Positions 1 through 14,500 of a stretch of 64,000 nucleotides of DNA are shown here, in pieces; the first letter of the stretch is position 1, and the number at the start of each line of letters is the position of its first letter. The stretch lies in NCBI GenBank assembly GCA_964016885.1, contig OZ024754.1, positions 39,618,001 through 39,682,000 on the forward strand. The letters are read 5' to 3'. Position numbers and translations under genes: made by a program. The notes beneath the pieces are model-generated. The model did no database searches and was not told the DNA's origin. It saw only the letters and a program-made list of their open reading frames with translations. Source of the stretch: Eledone cirrhosa (lineage: Eukaryota).

Positions 1-526
1 CTGTCCAGCGATTCTTTCCTGAGAAATTCTAACCACATGCACATAGTATCGGAGCTGTAATCTCTAAATTCAGAAAAGTGGCAGTTCTACCTGGAGTGAC
101 TTTCTGATCTCTGGACTATGCACTCTATTGAGTAACCCCATTTCGGCCGCTTGTATTCGTGATTGTGTTTTTTTGCTAATATATTCTGATGCTAGTGCAA
201 ATGTGTTAATTGGCATTTGAGAAATTTTAGATACTACACCAAAATATATATTAAACCCTTTGATACAAACCCATCCAAAAACCAAATCTGGTTCTATGGA
301 AAAAAAACAAAACATTCTAAAGGTTTCCTATTTACATTTAAATCTTCTAACCTAATTTTATATAAGAAACTTTTGTTAAGTTATGCTACAAATACCTCCT
401 TAATAATGAAATAGTTAATAAGGTAAGTAAATCCTTTCAAATTATTCATTAATTAATTAAAATATTAAAATATAGTGTATTTCATGAGAAATATGGTCAT
501 ACAAGGGTTTACAAAAGACTGGTTGG

Positions 527-1060
527 TGGTGTTAAACCAGATGACAGATTAAGTCTACCACCCAAGGACCAGATTGTGATGTTAAACTGGGTGACAGATT
601 AAGTCTACCACCCAAGGACCAGATTGTGATGTTAAACTGGGTGACAGATTAAGTCTACCACCCAAGGACCAGATTGTGATGTTAAACTGGGTGACAGATT
701 AAGTCTACCACCCAAGGACCAGATTGTGATGTTAAACTGGGTGACAGATTAAGTCTACCACCCAAGGACCAGGTGATGGTGTTAAACCTGGTGACAGATT
801 AAGTCTACCACCCAAGGACCAGATTGTGATGTTAAACTGGGTGACAGATTAAGTCTACCACCCAAGGACCAGACTGTGATGTTAAACTGGGTGACAGATT
901 AAGTCTACCACCCAAGGACCAGATTCTGATGTTAAACTGGGTGACAGATTAAGTCTACCACCCAAGGACCAGGTGATGGTGTTAAACCTGGTGACAGATT
1001 AAGTTTACCACCCAAGGACCAGGTGATGGTGTTAAACCTGGTGACAGATTACATCTACCT
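527..1060. repeat. 50-bp minisatellite, about 10 units
   Basis: AAGTCTACCACCCAAGGACCAGATTGTGATGTTAAACTGGGTGACAGATT. Confidence 0.95.
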
Positions 1061-1160
1061 GTGGATATTGAAAAATTCCATCGATAAGATCAATTTTTTG
1101 AAATTTTGTTTTTTATTGATGTTGACAGAAATGGAAATCAGATCATTGTTGTTGGCATAT

Positions 1161-1425
1161 TTAGCCTAGTGTCCCCGCAGCCCTACAGGAAAACCTAAAG
1201 TCATATCATTAGCCTAGTGTCCCCGCAGCCCTACAGGAAGACTTAAAGTCATATCATTAGCCTAGTGTCCCCGCAGCCCTACAAGAAGACCTAAAGTCAT
1301 ATCCTTAGCCTAGTGTCCCCGCAGCCCTACAAGAAGACCTAAAGTCATATCATTAGCCTAGTGTCCCAGCAGCCCTACAGGAAGACCTAAAGTCATATCA
1401 TTAGCCTAGTGTCCCTGCAGCCCTA
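1161..1425. repeat. 48-bp minisatellite, about 5.5 units
   Basis: TTAGCCTAGTGTCCCCGCAGCCCTACAGGAAGACCTAAAGTCATATCA. Confidence 0.95.
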
Positions 1426-1561
1426 CCCCCACATGACCAAAAGTCAGTACTGTAAACTAGAGAAACATTTGGCAAATTCACAATGCTGCTGCTGTTTACA
1501 CTGGTGAACCAGTTCACCCAGCGGAGCCTCATTACAGCTATATGGACTATGAGAGCAACAG

Positions 1562-1863
1562 TTAACCCTTTCCTCACCATATTTCTAATGAAAGACACAC
1601 TACCTATGATTTTCAAACAAAAAATTTGGAGAGATTTAGTAACATAACAAACTTTCTTAATATTAAAATATTTATATTTATCTAGAAACCTTCTAACCTA
1701 ATTTTATGTAAGAACCTTCGTTAAGTTATGCTCTAAACAACAGCTTAATGATGAAAAAGTTAGTTATATTATTATTAAATCCTTTTAAATATTTGATTAT
1801 TAAAAAAAATATTGAAAATCACAGATAGTATAATTCATTAGAAATATGATAATGAAAGGTTAA
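1562..1863. mobile_element. Second TTAA-flanked piggyBac-type MITE family
   Basis: TTAACCCTTTC...GAAAGGTTAA; the internal aagaaccttYgttaagttatg motif is shared with 250-510, 2400-2540, 20200-20700, 33850-34000 and 44050-44350. Confidence 0.55.
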
Positions 1864-1920
1864 CGAGAGGTTAGTAAACTTAAATTAGTAAAAAAAAAAA
1901 AAAAAAAAAATTAGTATTTT

Positions 1921-2096
1921 TTAAACTTTAGTAGGGTCAACATCATCTATGCTGTGTGAATATTTAGAGTTCCAATCTCTTTGAAAGACATCTTCAAGTT
2001 GTTGACGTAAATTGGGCTGTTGTGTATTTGTTGGTCTGACAATTAATCCAAGGCCTGCCGTGGACACGAAGTAATCTCCACTCCAGTTAGATGTTC
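1921..2096 (-). CDS. PLD3: PLD3-like A terminal exon ([10 protein letters not shown]...FQRDWNS...PTKV*)
   Basis: CAG acceptor, TAA at 1923-1921. Confidence 0.93.
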
Positions 2097-5000
2097 CTGA
2101 ATAAAAAGATGACAGAAATATAATAACAATTTCGAAGATGACTTACTATTGATATAACAACTTAACTACCGTATTTCCTGGTACCAAAGATGCTTCGTCC
2201 ATGAGGACACACCCTAAATTTGACAATCAAAAATTTGAAAAAATATAATAACCTTCGACCTCCAGGACACATTGTAGATTTTTTAGACTTATTTTAGGAA
2301 AAAAGTAGCGTCTTCGACGCTGGAAAATACGATGGCTTAATACCAAACACCTATGGTTCTACAATATAAAACTGTTTGTTATATAATGATTATATTAATC
2401 TGAATTCCTTCCATTGTAATTTTATGTAAGAACCCTTGTAAAGTTATGTTCCAACTACTAGCTTGATAAAGAGGAAGTTACTTATTTTACTATATCTCTT
2501 CAAATTCTTGTTACTTTCAAAATTATTTGAAAATCACAGACAATCATCATCTATATTTATGTTGAACCACTACCATTTTACTGTGTAGCAAATGCATTTT
2601 ATCATGGCATCAGCACAACCACTTTACAGAGAGTACTAGGTGCATTTTATCATGGCATCAGCACAACCACTTTACAGAGAGTACTGGATGCATTTTATCA
2701 TGGCATCAGCACAACCACTTTACAGAGAGTACTAGGTGCATTTTATCATGGCCCCAACACTACCACGCACACATCATCTATATTTAGACACACACACACA
2801 TCATCTATATTTAGACGCACGCACACATCATCCATGTAGACACACACGCATCAACGTACACATCCTGTGATTGAGTTTGAACTCCAAACCTTTATTTCTA
2901 CTGATGAAGTTTCAGTGCTGTTTAGTGGCTAAATGACCAAAAGTAATGAAATCCTGCACATAGAATTAAAGGTTCCTAGGTGATTCGTCTTATGTTCAGC
3001 TTTTTCTCAGCTCATCCATGCTTCAGCGTTCACCATCATCATCATCATCATGGACATTAATATTACATATTGAACAGAGCATGCTCACTTCATTTCTCTT
3101 CGGCCTTCACACATCTTGTTCCACTGTCATGTAACATCGCTGTCATGTAACATCACTGTCATGTAACATCGCAGTTCTCACATCATACAAACTCCCCTTC
3201 ACTCAGAGAAAAAATTATTTTGTTGCCAAAATAAAAAATAGGAGTTTTAATAATCCATGTCAATATTAAAGAATTCTCAAGTAACAGAGTTAAAATATTA
3301 AAAGAATTTATCAAAATATCTTACCAATATAGGCATCAGCGTCTGTGACCATATATTTGTTATGATTGACACGTGCAAATGGAATCTTTTTCTGTTCCTC
3401 AGTGAAATATGGCACTTCAAACATTTTCTATAAATTAGAATCAAAGTAGTAATATTAATTATGAAAGTTGTCTATTTGTATTAACTTTTAACATTCTGTA
3501 ATGATTTAGCAGAAAATATTTTTTAAAATAACAGTTTCTTCATTCAAATGTTTATCATAGTACTTTTACTACTGGACAGATCCTTGTGAAGATTTGTAAT
3601 ATTAGAGTAAAGACTTTAATTTTTAATGTGATGCAGTCATAGTGTTGTTTTGTACATTTCAAGAATGTTTTGATAATGTAGTTTCATGGGTTTGTTAATT
3701 CAAATGTTTATAATATCTTTCCAACCACACCAAGATCAGACTCTTCCAAGTAACAATTCAACCAATCTTGCTATATTGAAGTAAAACATGGATGCTTTCA
3801 TCCAAACAACAAAAGCACTTTATTGGCACCTACACTACTACTACTACCTTGATAGCACTTACACTCACCTGTTTCAGCGCATTCAGAATATAAGCTGGCA
3901 ACATCTGCCTTTGAGAGAGATATATGCCAGCCTCCCACACATATCTGTTGTTGCACATAAAAGGAGAGTAAGATTTGCTGGCCACTGCCATCGTGCCACC
4001 TACGAGGCTGTGTCCCCATTAATGCTTTAGAAACCACAAACAGTCACTAATAACAGGGGTTGCAAGTTCTCCTAACCCAATGTCATCTCCAGAGATTCTG
4101 GTATTGAAATCCAGGACTTGGCAACGGCAATGAACGACAGACCCAGGGGGAGATCAATTGTTGAGTCCATTTCGACTGAGGCTGCCAGATAATGATGATG
4201 ATGATGATGATATTAACTATACTAGTGGACAGATCTTTGTGAAACTTTGCCATATTACAGCAAAGACTTCAACTTTTAATGTGATGGAGTTATATTACTG
4301 TTTTGTACTTTTCATGAACGTGATGCTAATGTGGTTTCATGTGCCAGAGAATGTGAAGAGTTAAAGCAAACTAAATAAAGGTAGTTTCATGTGGTACAGG
4401 ATGTTAAGACCTGAAATATTGACGATGGTGATGATGGGGTTGATGGGGTTGATGGTGATGATGACAATTATGATGGTGGTAGTGGTGGTGGTACTGATGA
4501 TGATGGTGATGAAGAAGGTGCTGGTGGTGATGATAATTATGATGGTGGTGGTGGTGATGAGAATGGTGATGATAATTATGATGGTGGTGGTGGTGGTGAT
4601 GATAATTGTGATGGTGGTGGTGGTGATGACGATGGTGATGATGATAATTATGATGGTGGTGGTGATGATGGTGATGATGATAATTATGATGGTGGTAGTG
4701 GTGATGACAATGGTGATGATGATAATTATGATGGTGGTGGTGGTGGTGATGATAATTATGATGGTGGTGGTGGTGATGACAATGGTGATGATGATAATTA
4801 TGATGGTGGTGGTGGTGATGGTGGTGGTGATGATAATTATGATGGTGGTGGTGGTGGTGATGACAATGGTAATGATAATTATGAAGGTGTTGGTGGTGGT
4901 GGTGATGATGCTGGTATCATTACCATAGTGATGATGATGATGATGATGACGATGATGATAATGATGACAACATACATATTCACTAACATACAGATAACAA

Positions 5001-8000
5001 TATTATTCGATACCTTCAAACAAATATTTTGTGTATTGAATATTTCTAAGAACTGCATGAGTTAAATAAAGAATTTTTGTCAACAAAATATGAACTGCTT
5101 ACCACTTGTACTTTAGTTTCTCCAGTACCGTTTAAATAAACTAAAGATCTGAGGAAGTTAAACATGCTGGCTTTGGTGTGCTTCCAGTAGCTTGCAAGTA
5201 GAAAAACTTCAACACCTTTGGTGAATGAAACATTTCTCAGAGCTTTATCAATAACTGGCCAATATCTGAAAATATAATATTAATGTCATTTATTTTTCCT
5301 TAAAATTTAATTTGATCAATAATTACATTGGAGAGTCGGACAACCTGCTTTATGGCATAGTTATGGTCTTTTCCAATCTGAGTTCAAATCCTGTCAAGGT
5401 TAACTTTGCCTTTCATACTTACGGGGGTCAATAAAATAAAGTAGCAGTAATGTACTGGTGTTGATTTAATTGACTTTCCCTTCCCGAAAAATTGTTGGCC
5501 TTGTGCCTAAATCATAAACAAATAATGTTTTCACATGACATGTAAAAGGAAAATGAAGCATTAATAAGAATACTTATGTATCCAGTATATTTTGTAAACT
5601 GGTAATGTTTGTGCCATGATAAAATGTACCCAGTACACCCTGTAAATTGGTAGTATTGGTGTCACAATAAAATGTACTCACTACTCTCTGTAAAGTGGTA
5701 GTGTTGATGCCACAATAAAATGTACCCAGTGCACTCTGTAAAGTGGTAGTGTTGATGTCACAATAAAATGTACTCACTACTCTCTGTAAAGTGGTAGTGT
5801 TGATGCCACAATAAAATGCACTCAATACACTCTGTAAAGTGGTAGCGCTGGTGTCACAATAAAATTTTACCAGTATACTTTGTACAGTGGTAGTGTTGGG
5901 GGGCCATGATAAAATGCACCCAGTACTCTCTGTAAGTTGTTGTGTTGATGCCATGATAAAATGCATTTGCTACACAGTAAAATGGTAGTGGTTCAACATA
6001 AATGAAATTGATAAAATAAGAACTAGAGTTGAAAAAAAAATACTGGGGTCGATAGTCCAACGCTTGCTAGCAGGAAAAGCGGACATTAAACGACAACAAT
6101 GATGATGATACAATCGACTAAAGACCTTGATAGTGGTGCCCCAGCAGGGCCACAGTTTAATGATGTGACAAAGAACTAAAATATCACAACATACATACAC
6201 TTGAGGTTTCAGAAACTCCAGAGCTGGAGCATAATCCATGACAGCAATGTGGACAAACTTCTTAGCAGAATAAATAACATCTAATATTGCATCAATATCA
6301 CTAGTTCTTTCACTTGCACAGAATGGTGGAGGGGAACTCTGCAATTGAAAGGATTTAAATAATAATAATAATAATGAAATTATTGTGTACACTGCTCAGG
6401 TGCACTACAACTCGTCAAAGGTGCATGTATAGTACATAGAATAATGTACAAATGTCAGGAACGTGAACACTGTATGAGTCTTGATATACATGTGTGTGTG
6501 TATGTATGGAAGGGGGGATATCAGGTATAATGTTGGTGAATTTCAGGAAGCATGGAGGTTTCAAAGGATGCGCAGTCTTGGCAGCTAACAACTGATGCAG
6601 GTAGGTAGTTTGTTCTATGCTTCAAATAGCAAATATTTTGATTATAAGAAACTTTTCCAACTCCTGGCCTATCTAGGGAGTCAGTAGACCCACTTCAGCA
6701 CTGACTTTTGTCTGTGAAGATCCATCCAACCCTTGCTAGCAGGGAAAGTGGATATATGGTGATGATGATGATGATTTAGAGAGGAGAGATATCATCATCA
6801 TCATCATTGTTTAACGCAAGCATGGGTTAGACAGATTTTTTTTGGATAAAACATCCTTTATCTCAGCAGTTTCACTTACAATAGGTTATGGTAGTAGTTA
6901 TATTTAATAGCTGCTCCAGAGAATATATTTCATGTTTCTACTTTAGAAATAGCAAATATTTTGGTTGTATTGAGTTTATATTGAATTAATAAATTTATAT
7001 TGTTGCTGTGTGGTTAAGGAGTTTGTTTTGTGTCCACATGATTTTAGGTTTACACCCACAGCGTGGCTCCTAGGACAAGTGTTTTCTATTCTAAAAGGAG
7101 GGGTGTGGGAGTGTGAAGGTATAGAGATGTGGGAGGGTGAAGGCGTAGAAATATGGAAATGTGAAGGTATAGAAACATGGAAATGTGAAGGTGTAGAAAT
7201 ATGGAAATGTGAAGGAATCAACAGAGATGTGGGAGAGTAAAGGAATCAAGAGTGGAGAAGTGGGAGGGCGAAGTTCTATATACAAAACTGTTTTAGATGG
7301 TTTGAACCTTCATTCATAATGTTATGTAAGAACCTTAGTTATGTTATGTTCCAAACATCAGATTGATAATAAAAAAATGAGTTGTAATACTTTAATTCTT
7401 TGACCCATAACTCCCGGTGGAATTATAGGGGTACTGGAGTGTAGTGACGTGTGCTGTTTCCTGGGTATTTTACAAACCTGGAGGAACCCATTCCCTTTCC
7501 AGGTCTAAATACAATTGAATTCTTCCAGAGAAAGATAGAGTGATAGAAAAGAAGAGAGAATGAAAAGAGACATAGAGGAAGAAACGACCCCAGTACTGGA
7601 CTGGTACTTTTTTTTTTATTGACCTCAGAATGATGAAAGGCAAAATTAACTTCCATGGGATTTGAACTCAGAGCAGAGAGCCCAAATGAATACCACAAGA
7701 TATTCTATCTGATGTTCTAATGACTGCCATTTTTGTCTCCTCAGTTACATTACTAAAAAACAAAACACAAAAAAACAGTTGAGTTGCTTTCTCAGTCTTG
7801 TATATTTAATCTCAGATCATCTCAGGCCCTAAATAAAAAGTAGCTCAAACAGTGAGAAACGATTCACAGTGGTTCAAATTTCGTTATTCGTGAATATATA
7901 TGTGAAATTGTAATAGTAAAAACCTACCTATATATGTCTCTCTCTTAATATATATATGTATATATATAGAGAGAGAAACCTATATATCTATATATATAGA

Positions 8001-11000
8001 AACCTATATATCTATCTATCTATATATATATATATAGAAACCTATATATCTATATATATAGAAACCTATATATCTAAATATATAGAAACCTATATATCTA
8101 TCTATATATATATATAGAAACCTATATATCTAAATATATAGAAACCTATATATCTATAGATATATATAGAAACCTATATATCTATATATATATAGAGAGA
8201 GAAACCTATATATATATATATATATACAATGATATTAAATAAATGGAAATTATATTTATAAAACCATATTTATTCTATTATATATATTTCAAGGGTACCA
8301 AAACTTTGGTACGCTTTCATCAGATAAAATACAAAGTTTGTTTTATAAATTTTGACATAACCAAGAAAAAGTACCTTAACAGTTCCAGTTTTCCTTGGAC
8401 ATTTATATTTGTTGAATTACCAACAAATTGAATATCCCTTTTGCTTATATATATATATATATATAGAAACCTATATATATATATATAGAGAGAGAGAGAA
8501 ACCTATATATATATATAGAAACCTATATATATATATATATATATATAGAAACTTATATATATATATATAGAAACCTATATATATATATAGAAACCCATAT
8601 ATATATATATATATATATATAGAAACTTATATATATATATATAGAAACCTATATATATATATAGAAACCCATATATATATATATATATATATATAGAAAC
8701 TTATATATATATATATAGAAACCCATATATATATATATATATATATATAGAAACTTATATATATATATATAGAAACTTATATATATATATAGAAACCTAT
8801 ATATATATATATATATATAGAAACTTATATATATATATATAGAAACCTATATATATATATAGAAACCCATATATATATATATATATATATAGAAACTTAT
8901 ATATATATATATAGAAACCTATATATATATCGACAGTCGATCGACTTTCATCAAATCGGACCGAGGAAACAATGTTTCCATTGGTCCTTCCAATTGCTAA
9001 TACTATCTATCGGTCGCAACTCCAGGTAGAAGGAGCAACGTGAAATAAAGTGTCTTGCTCAAGGACATAACGCATCGCCCGGTCCAGGAATCGAACTCAC
9101 AACCTCACGACTGTGAATCCAATTCTCTAACCACTCAGCCACGTGCCTTCACACACACTAAATCTCTCTAAATTTTTGATTATTTGCAAAACGATCTGAA
9201 AACCATTAGTCATGTTGTTTTGTTTTTATCAGAAATATCACAACAAAAGAGTTAAAGTGACCCACTCTCCTCTTATCTTTTATTTCTAAATATAATGTCG
9301 TTTATTTTGAAAGCAAAAATGAAGGACTAGTCAGACTATCTAGAATTTTCTTTCCATTTTGTCATTCTCAATTTTATTAGATGACACAAACACACATATA
9401 CATACAGACACACATATATATATACAGATGATACACACATATACATACACACACATATATACATACAGACACACACATATATACAGATGATATACACATA
9501 TACATACAGACACACACATGTACATAGACACACACATATACATAGACACACACATATATATACAGATGATACACACATATATACATACAGACGCACACAT
9601 ATACATACAGACACACACATATATACAGATGATATACACATATATACATACACACACATATATACATACAGACACACACATATATACAGATGATATACAC
9701 ATATACATACAGACACACACATGTACATAGACACACACATATACATAGACACACACATATATACAGATGATATACACATATACATACAGACACACACATA
9801 TACATACAGACACACACATATACATAGACACACACATATACATAGACACACACATATATACAGATGATATACACATATACATACAGACGCACACATATAC
9901 ATACAGACATACACATATATACAGATGATATACACATATACATACAGACGCACACATATACATACAGACACACACATATATACAGATGATATACACATAT
10001 ACATACAGACACACACATATACATACAGATGATACACACATATATACATACAGACACACACATACATACAGACACACATATATACATACAGACACACACA
10101 TACATACAGACACACATATATACATACAGACACACATATATACAGACACACATATACATACAGACATACACATATACATACAGACACACACACATACATA
10201 CAGACACATATATATACATACAGACACACACATATACATACAGACACACATATATACAGACACACACATACACATACAGACACACACATATACAGACACA
10301 TATATATACATACAGACACACATACATACAGACACACACATATATACAGACACACACATATACAGACACACACATATACATACAGACACACACATATATA
10401 CAGACACACACATATATACAGACACACACATATACAGACACACACACATATACATACAGACACACACATACATACAGACTCACATACACACACATACATA
10501 CAGACACATACATACATATACACATATACATACAGACACATATATATACATACAGACACACACATATATACAGACACACACATATATACAGACACACACA
10601 TATACATAGACACACACATATACAGACACACACACATATACATACAGACACACACATACATACAGACACACACATATACATACAGACACACACATATATA
10701 CAGACACACACACATATACATACAGACACACACATATACAGACACACACATAGACATACAGACATACACATACATACAGACACACACATATATACAGACA
10801 CACACACATATACATACAGACACACACATACATACAGACACACATATATACAGACACACACATATACAGACACACACACATATACATACAGACACACACA
10901 TATACATACAGACACACACATATACATACAGACACACACACATATACAGACACACACATACATAGATATACACATATACATACAGGCACACATATATACA

Positions 11001-11518
11001 GACACACACATATATATACAGACAAACACATACATACAGACACACACATATACATACAGACACACACATATACATACAGACACACATATATACAGACACA
11101 CACACATATACATACAGACACACATATACATACAGACACACACATATATACAGACACACACATACATACAGACACACACATATACATACAGACACACACA
11201 TATATACAGACATACATATATACATACAGACACACACATATATACAGACACACATATATACATACAGACACACATATATACAGACACACATATATACATA
11301 CAGACACACACATATATATACAGACACACATATACATACAGACACACACATATACATACAGACACACACACATATACATACAGATATACACATATATACA
11401 GACACACACATATACAGACACACACATACATACATACACACATACAGATATACACATATAGTCTTCTTTTCTCTCTCTTCCACTATTCTACTATTAGTCA
11501 CTTTATTAGATGACACAG

Positions 11519-11554
<36 letters not shown>

Positions 11555-14500
11555 CTTTCATCTTACTACCAATCTCTTTAACTAGATACATACAGTCTCT
11601 TCTCCCACCCCTCTCTCCCTTTATCTTGCTTTAAGCCTCTTTTTCAAGTCTAGTAGACAGATAGAAAAACAGAGAGGGGGGGGTGTAAGAAGAGAGACAG
11701 ATATAGGGAGAGACAAACAAAGAGAGTGAGACAGAGAGAGTGGAAGAGAGGGAAAAAGTTGGAAGGAGACAGAGAGATCTATATGTATTATTGATTTTAT
11801 AATATACCAGATTTATGGAGTTATTATGCATCAATATCAACAATAGATCAATGCTATTTTCTCTTTTCAATATTTTTCTTGTTTTGGGGGATGTATTTGT
11901 TTTAATGTATAATTCATATAAAAATGAAATTCTAACAATGGCTTACATAGTGTGGTGTGTAATAGCAAACATTGCTAGGATAGGATTGACAATATTGTGA
12001 GACATATGAGACTGTCAACTCTTTTGTGACTTTTAGGACAGAATTGACACCAATATAGCGAGACATATGAGACTGTCAACTCTTTTGTGACCTTTAGGAC
12101 AGAATTGACACCATTATAACGAGACATATGAGACTGTCAACTCTTTTGTGACCTTTAGGACAGAATTGGCAACAATATTGTGAGACATATGAGAATGTTA
12201 ACTCTTTTGTGACTTTTAGGACTTTTAGGACAGAATTGACACCAATATTGTGAGACATGTGAGACTGTCAGAAGAAACTGTAAACATAGTCAATTGTTAT
12301 AAATAATAGCTTAGAAAATTACTCCTATGGACGGAAAGAAATGGCCAGTGACTGCTAAAAAAAAATTAATTCCTTATCTCTTAACATATCCAGCCAGAAT
12401 TCTCTTACATCTTTCTGTTCAAACTGGTCATAATCGGTTGCTCATACAAATGTTATGGTACTGTTCTCAAAATAAATAACAGCACCATCAAAATCTCATA
12501 GATTCAATATTATGTGAGATAATTATGTGAGGTAAAACATTTACCATGTAAATATAATAGTATATATAGAGTAATGTAAATGCTATGTGAGATATTATGT
12601 GAGGTAAAGCCTTTACCATGTAAATATAATAGTATATATAGAGTAATGTAAATGCTATGTGAGATATTATGTGAGGTGAAACCTTTACCATGTAAATATA
12701 ATAGTATATATAGAGTAATGTAAATGCTATGTGAGATATTATGTGAGATAATTTTGTGAGATAAAACCTTTACTATGAAAATATTATAGTAAATATAGAG
12801 TAACGTAAATGGTAAAAGGTTAAATTCCAGTTGAGTGCTCTAACCATTGAGCTAAGGGACCTTTGGCAACAATTTCTGTCTAAAGTAGATAGTTAAATAG
12901 AACAGCTTTGGAACGTAAACAACAATGTATGTAAAGTAAAACTATTGAAGAACTGAGTAGCTATGATATCCATAGAAAATGTAGGAATCTCAGTGATAGA
13001 AAAATAAGTGTCAACACAGAACTTACTGACAAATACACATTACTATTGCTGTTATTAAGATTGACATTTAAAGGGTGTTCTTTGTTGATTCTGGTGTTGA
13101 ACTCTTCTGGCCATATTTCAGGTACTTTATCAGCTTTTGTCAGATACCAATAGGCATCAAATATTTTACCCATATCTTTTGCAAGACATCCACAGTTGGA
13201 AATTATAGCCCCAAGTTCTTTCACCTAAAATATAACAGACAATTGATAAATGTATCAAGATAGAAATATTAATACTAAGTGTGACTATTGTAAGAAAATA
13301 TGTAAATGATATAATGTGTATAATCAGAGAATAAAGGGTGGTATGATAACATATGCAACTCTTAACACTCTGTAACTGAAACCACATTAGCAAGATATTT
13401 GGGAAAAGTAATAAAACAGCACTATGGCTACACATTTTCACAATGCTCTGCCCATTAGTAAAGATACTAGAAATATTTGCATTAATAAACCTGTTTTTGT
13501 TTTAATTAAGAAACTAAAAAACTTAAAAGATAATTGAATATATTCTCCACCTCCTCCTTCTTCGCCCACTTATTCCTGAGAGGGTCATGTGACAGCAGAG
13601 TCCTCAGACACCCCTTCTAGAAGGTTCTATCAGAAGCAACTGCCTCCAGTTGATCTGGCTGGATCCCCAAGCAAGACTACCCGAGCTTAAGGATGTTATC
13701 CAACCACCTTGCTGCCTCCAGTTGATCTGGCTGGATCCCCAAGCAAGACTACCCGAGCTTATGGATGTTATCCAACCACTTGCTGCCTCCAGTTGATCTG
13801 GCTGGATCCCCAAGCAAGACTACCCGAGCTTAAGGATGTTATCCAACCACTTGCTGCCTCCAGTTGATCTGGCTGGATCCCCAAGCAAGACTACCCGAGC
13901 TTAAGGATGTTATCCAACCACCTTGCTGCCTCCAGTTGATCTGGCTGGATCCCCAAGCAAGACTACCCGAGCTTATGGATGTTATCCAACCACCTTGCTG
14001 CCTCCAGTTGATCTGGCTGGATCCCCAAGCAAGACTACCCAAGCTTATGGATGTTATCCAACCACTTGCTGCCTCCAGTTGATCTGGCTGGATCCCCAAG
14101 CAAGACAAACCAAGCTTATGGATGTTATCCAACCACCTTGCTGCCTCCAGTTGATCTGGCTGGATCCCCAAGCAAGACTACCCGAGCTTATGGATGTTAT
14201 CCAACCACCTTGCTGCCTCCAGTTGATCTGGCTGGATCCCCAAGCAAGACTACCCGAGCTTAAGGATGTTATCCAACCACTTGCTGCCTCCAGTTGATCT
14301 GGCTGGATCCCCAAGCAAGACTACCCGAGCTTAAGGATGTTATCCAACCACCTTGCTGCCTCCAGTTGATCTGGCTGGATCCCCAAGCAAGACTACCCGA
14401 GCTTAAGGATGTTATCCAACCACTTGCTGCCTCCAGTTGATCTGGCTGGATCCCCAAGCAAGACTACCCGAGCTTAAGGATGTTATCCAACCACCTTGCT

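Noticed and set aside
3340-3370. Second catalytic motif reads HxKxxxxD rather than the HxKxxxxE of human PLD3/4
   Set aside because: D is the canonical superfamily residue and is not unusual outside vertebrates, so no novelty is claimed.
9336-11591. ORFs of 325-751 aa rich in C/V/Y/M or H/T/Y/I
   Set aside because: Translations of a dinucleotide microsatellite.
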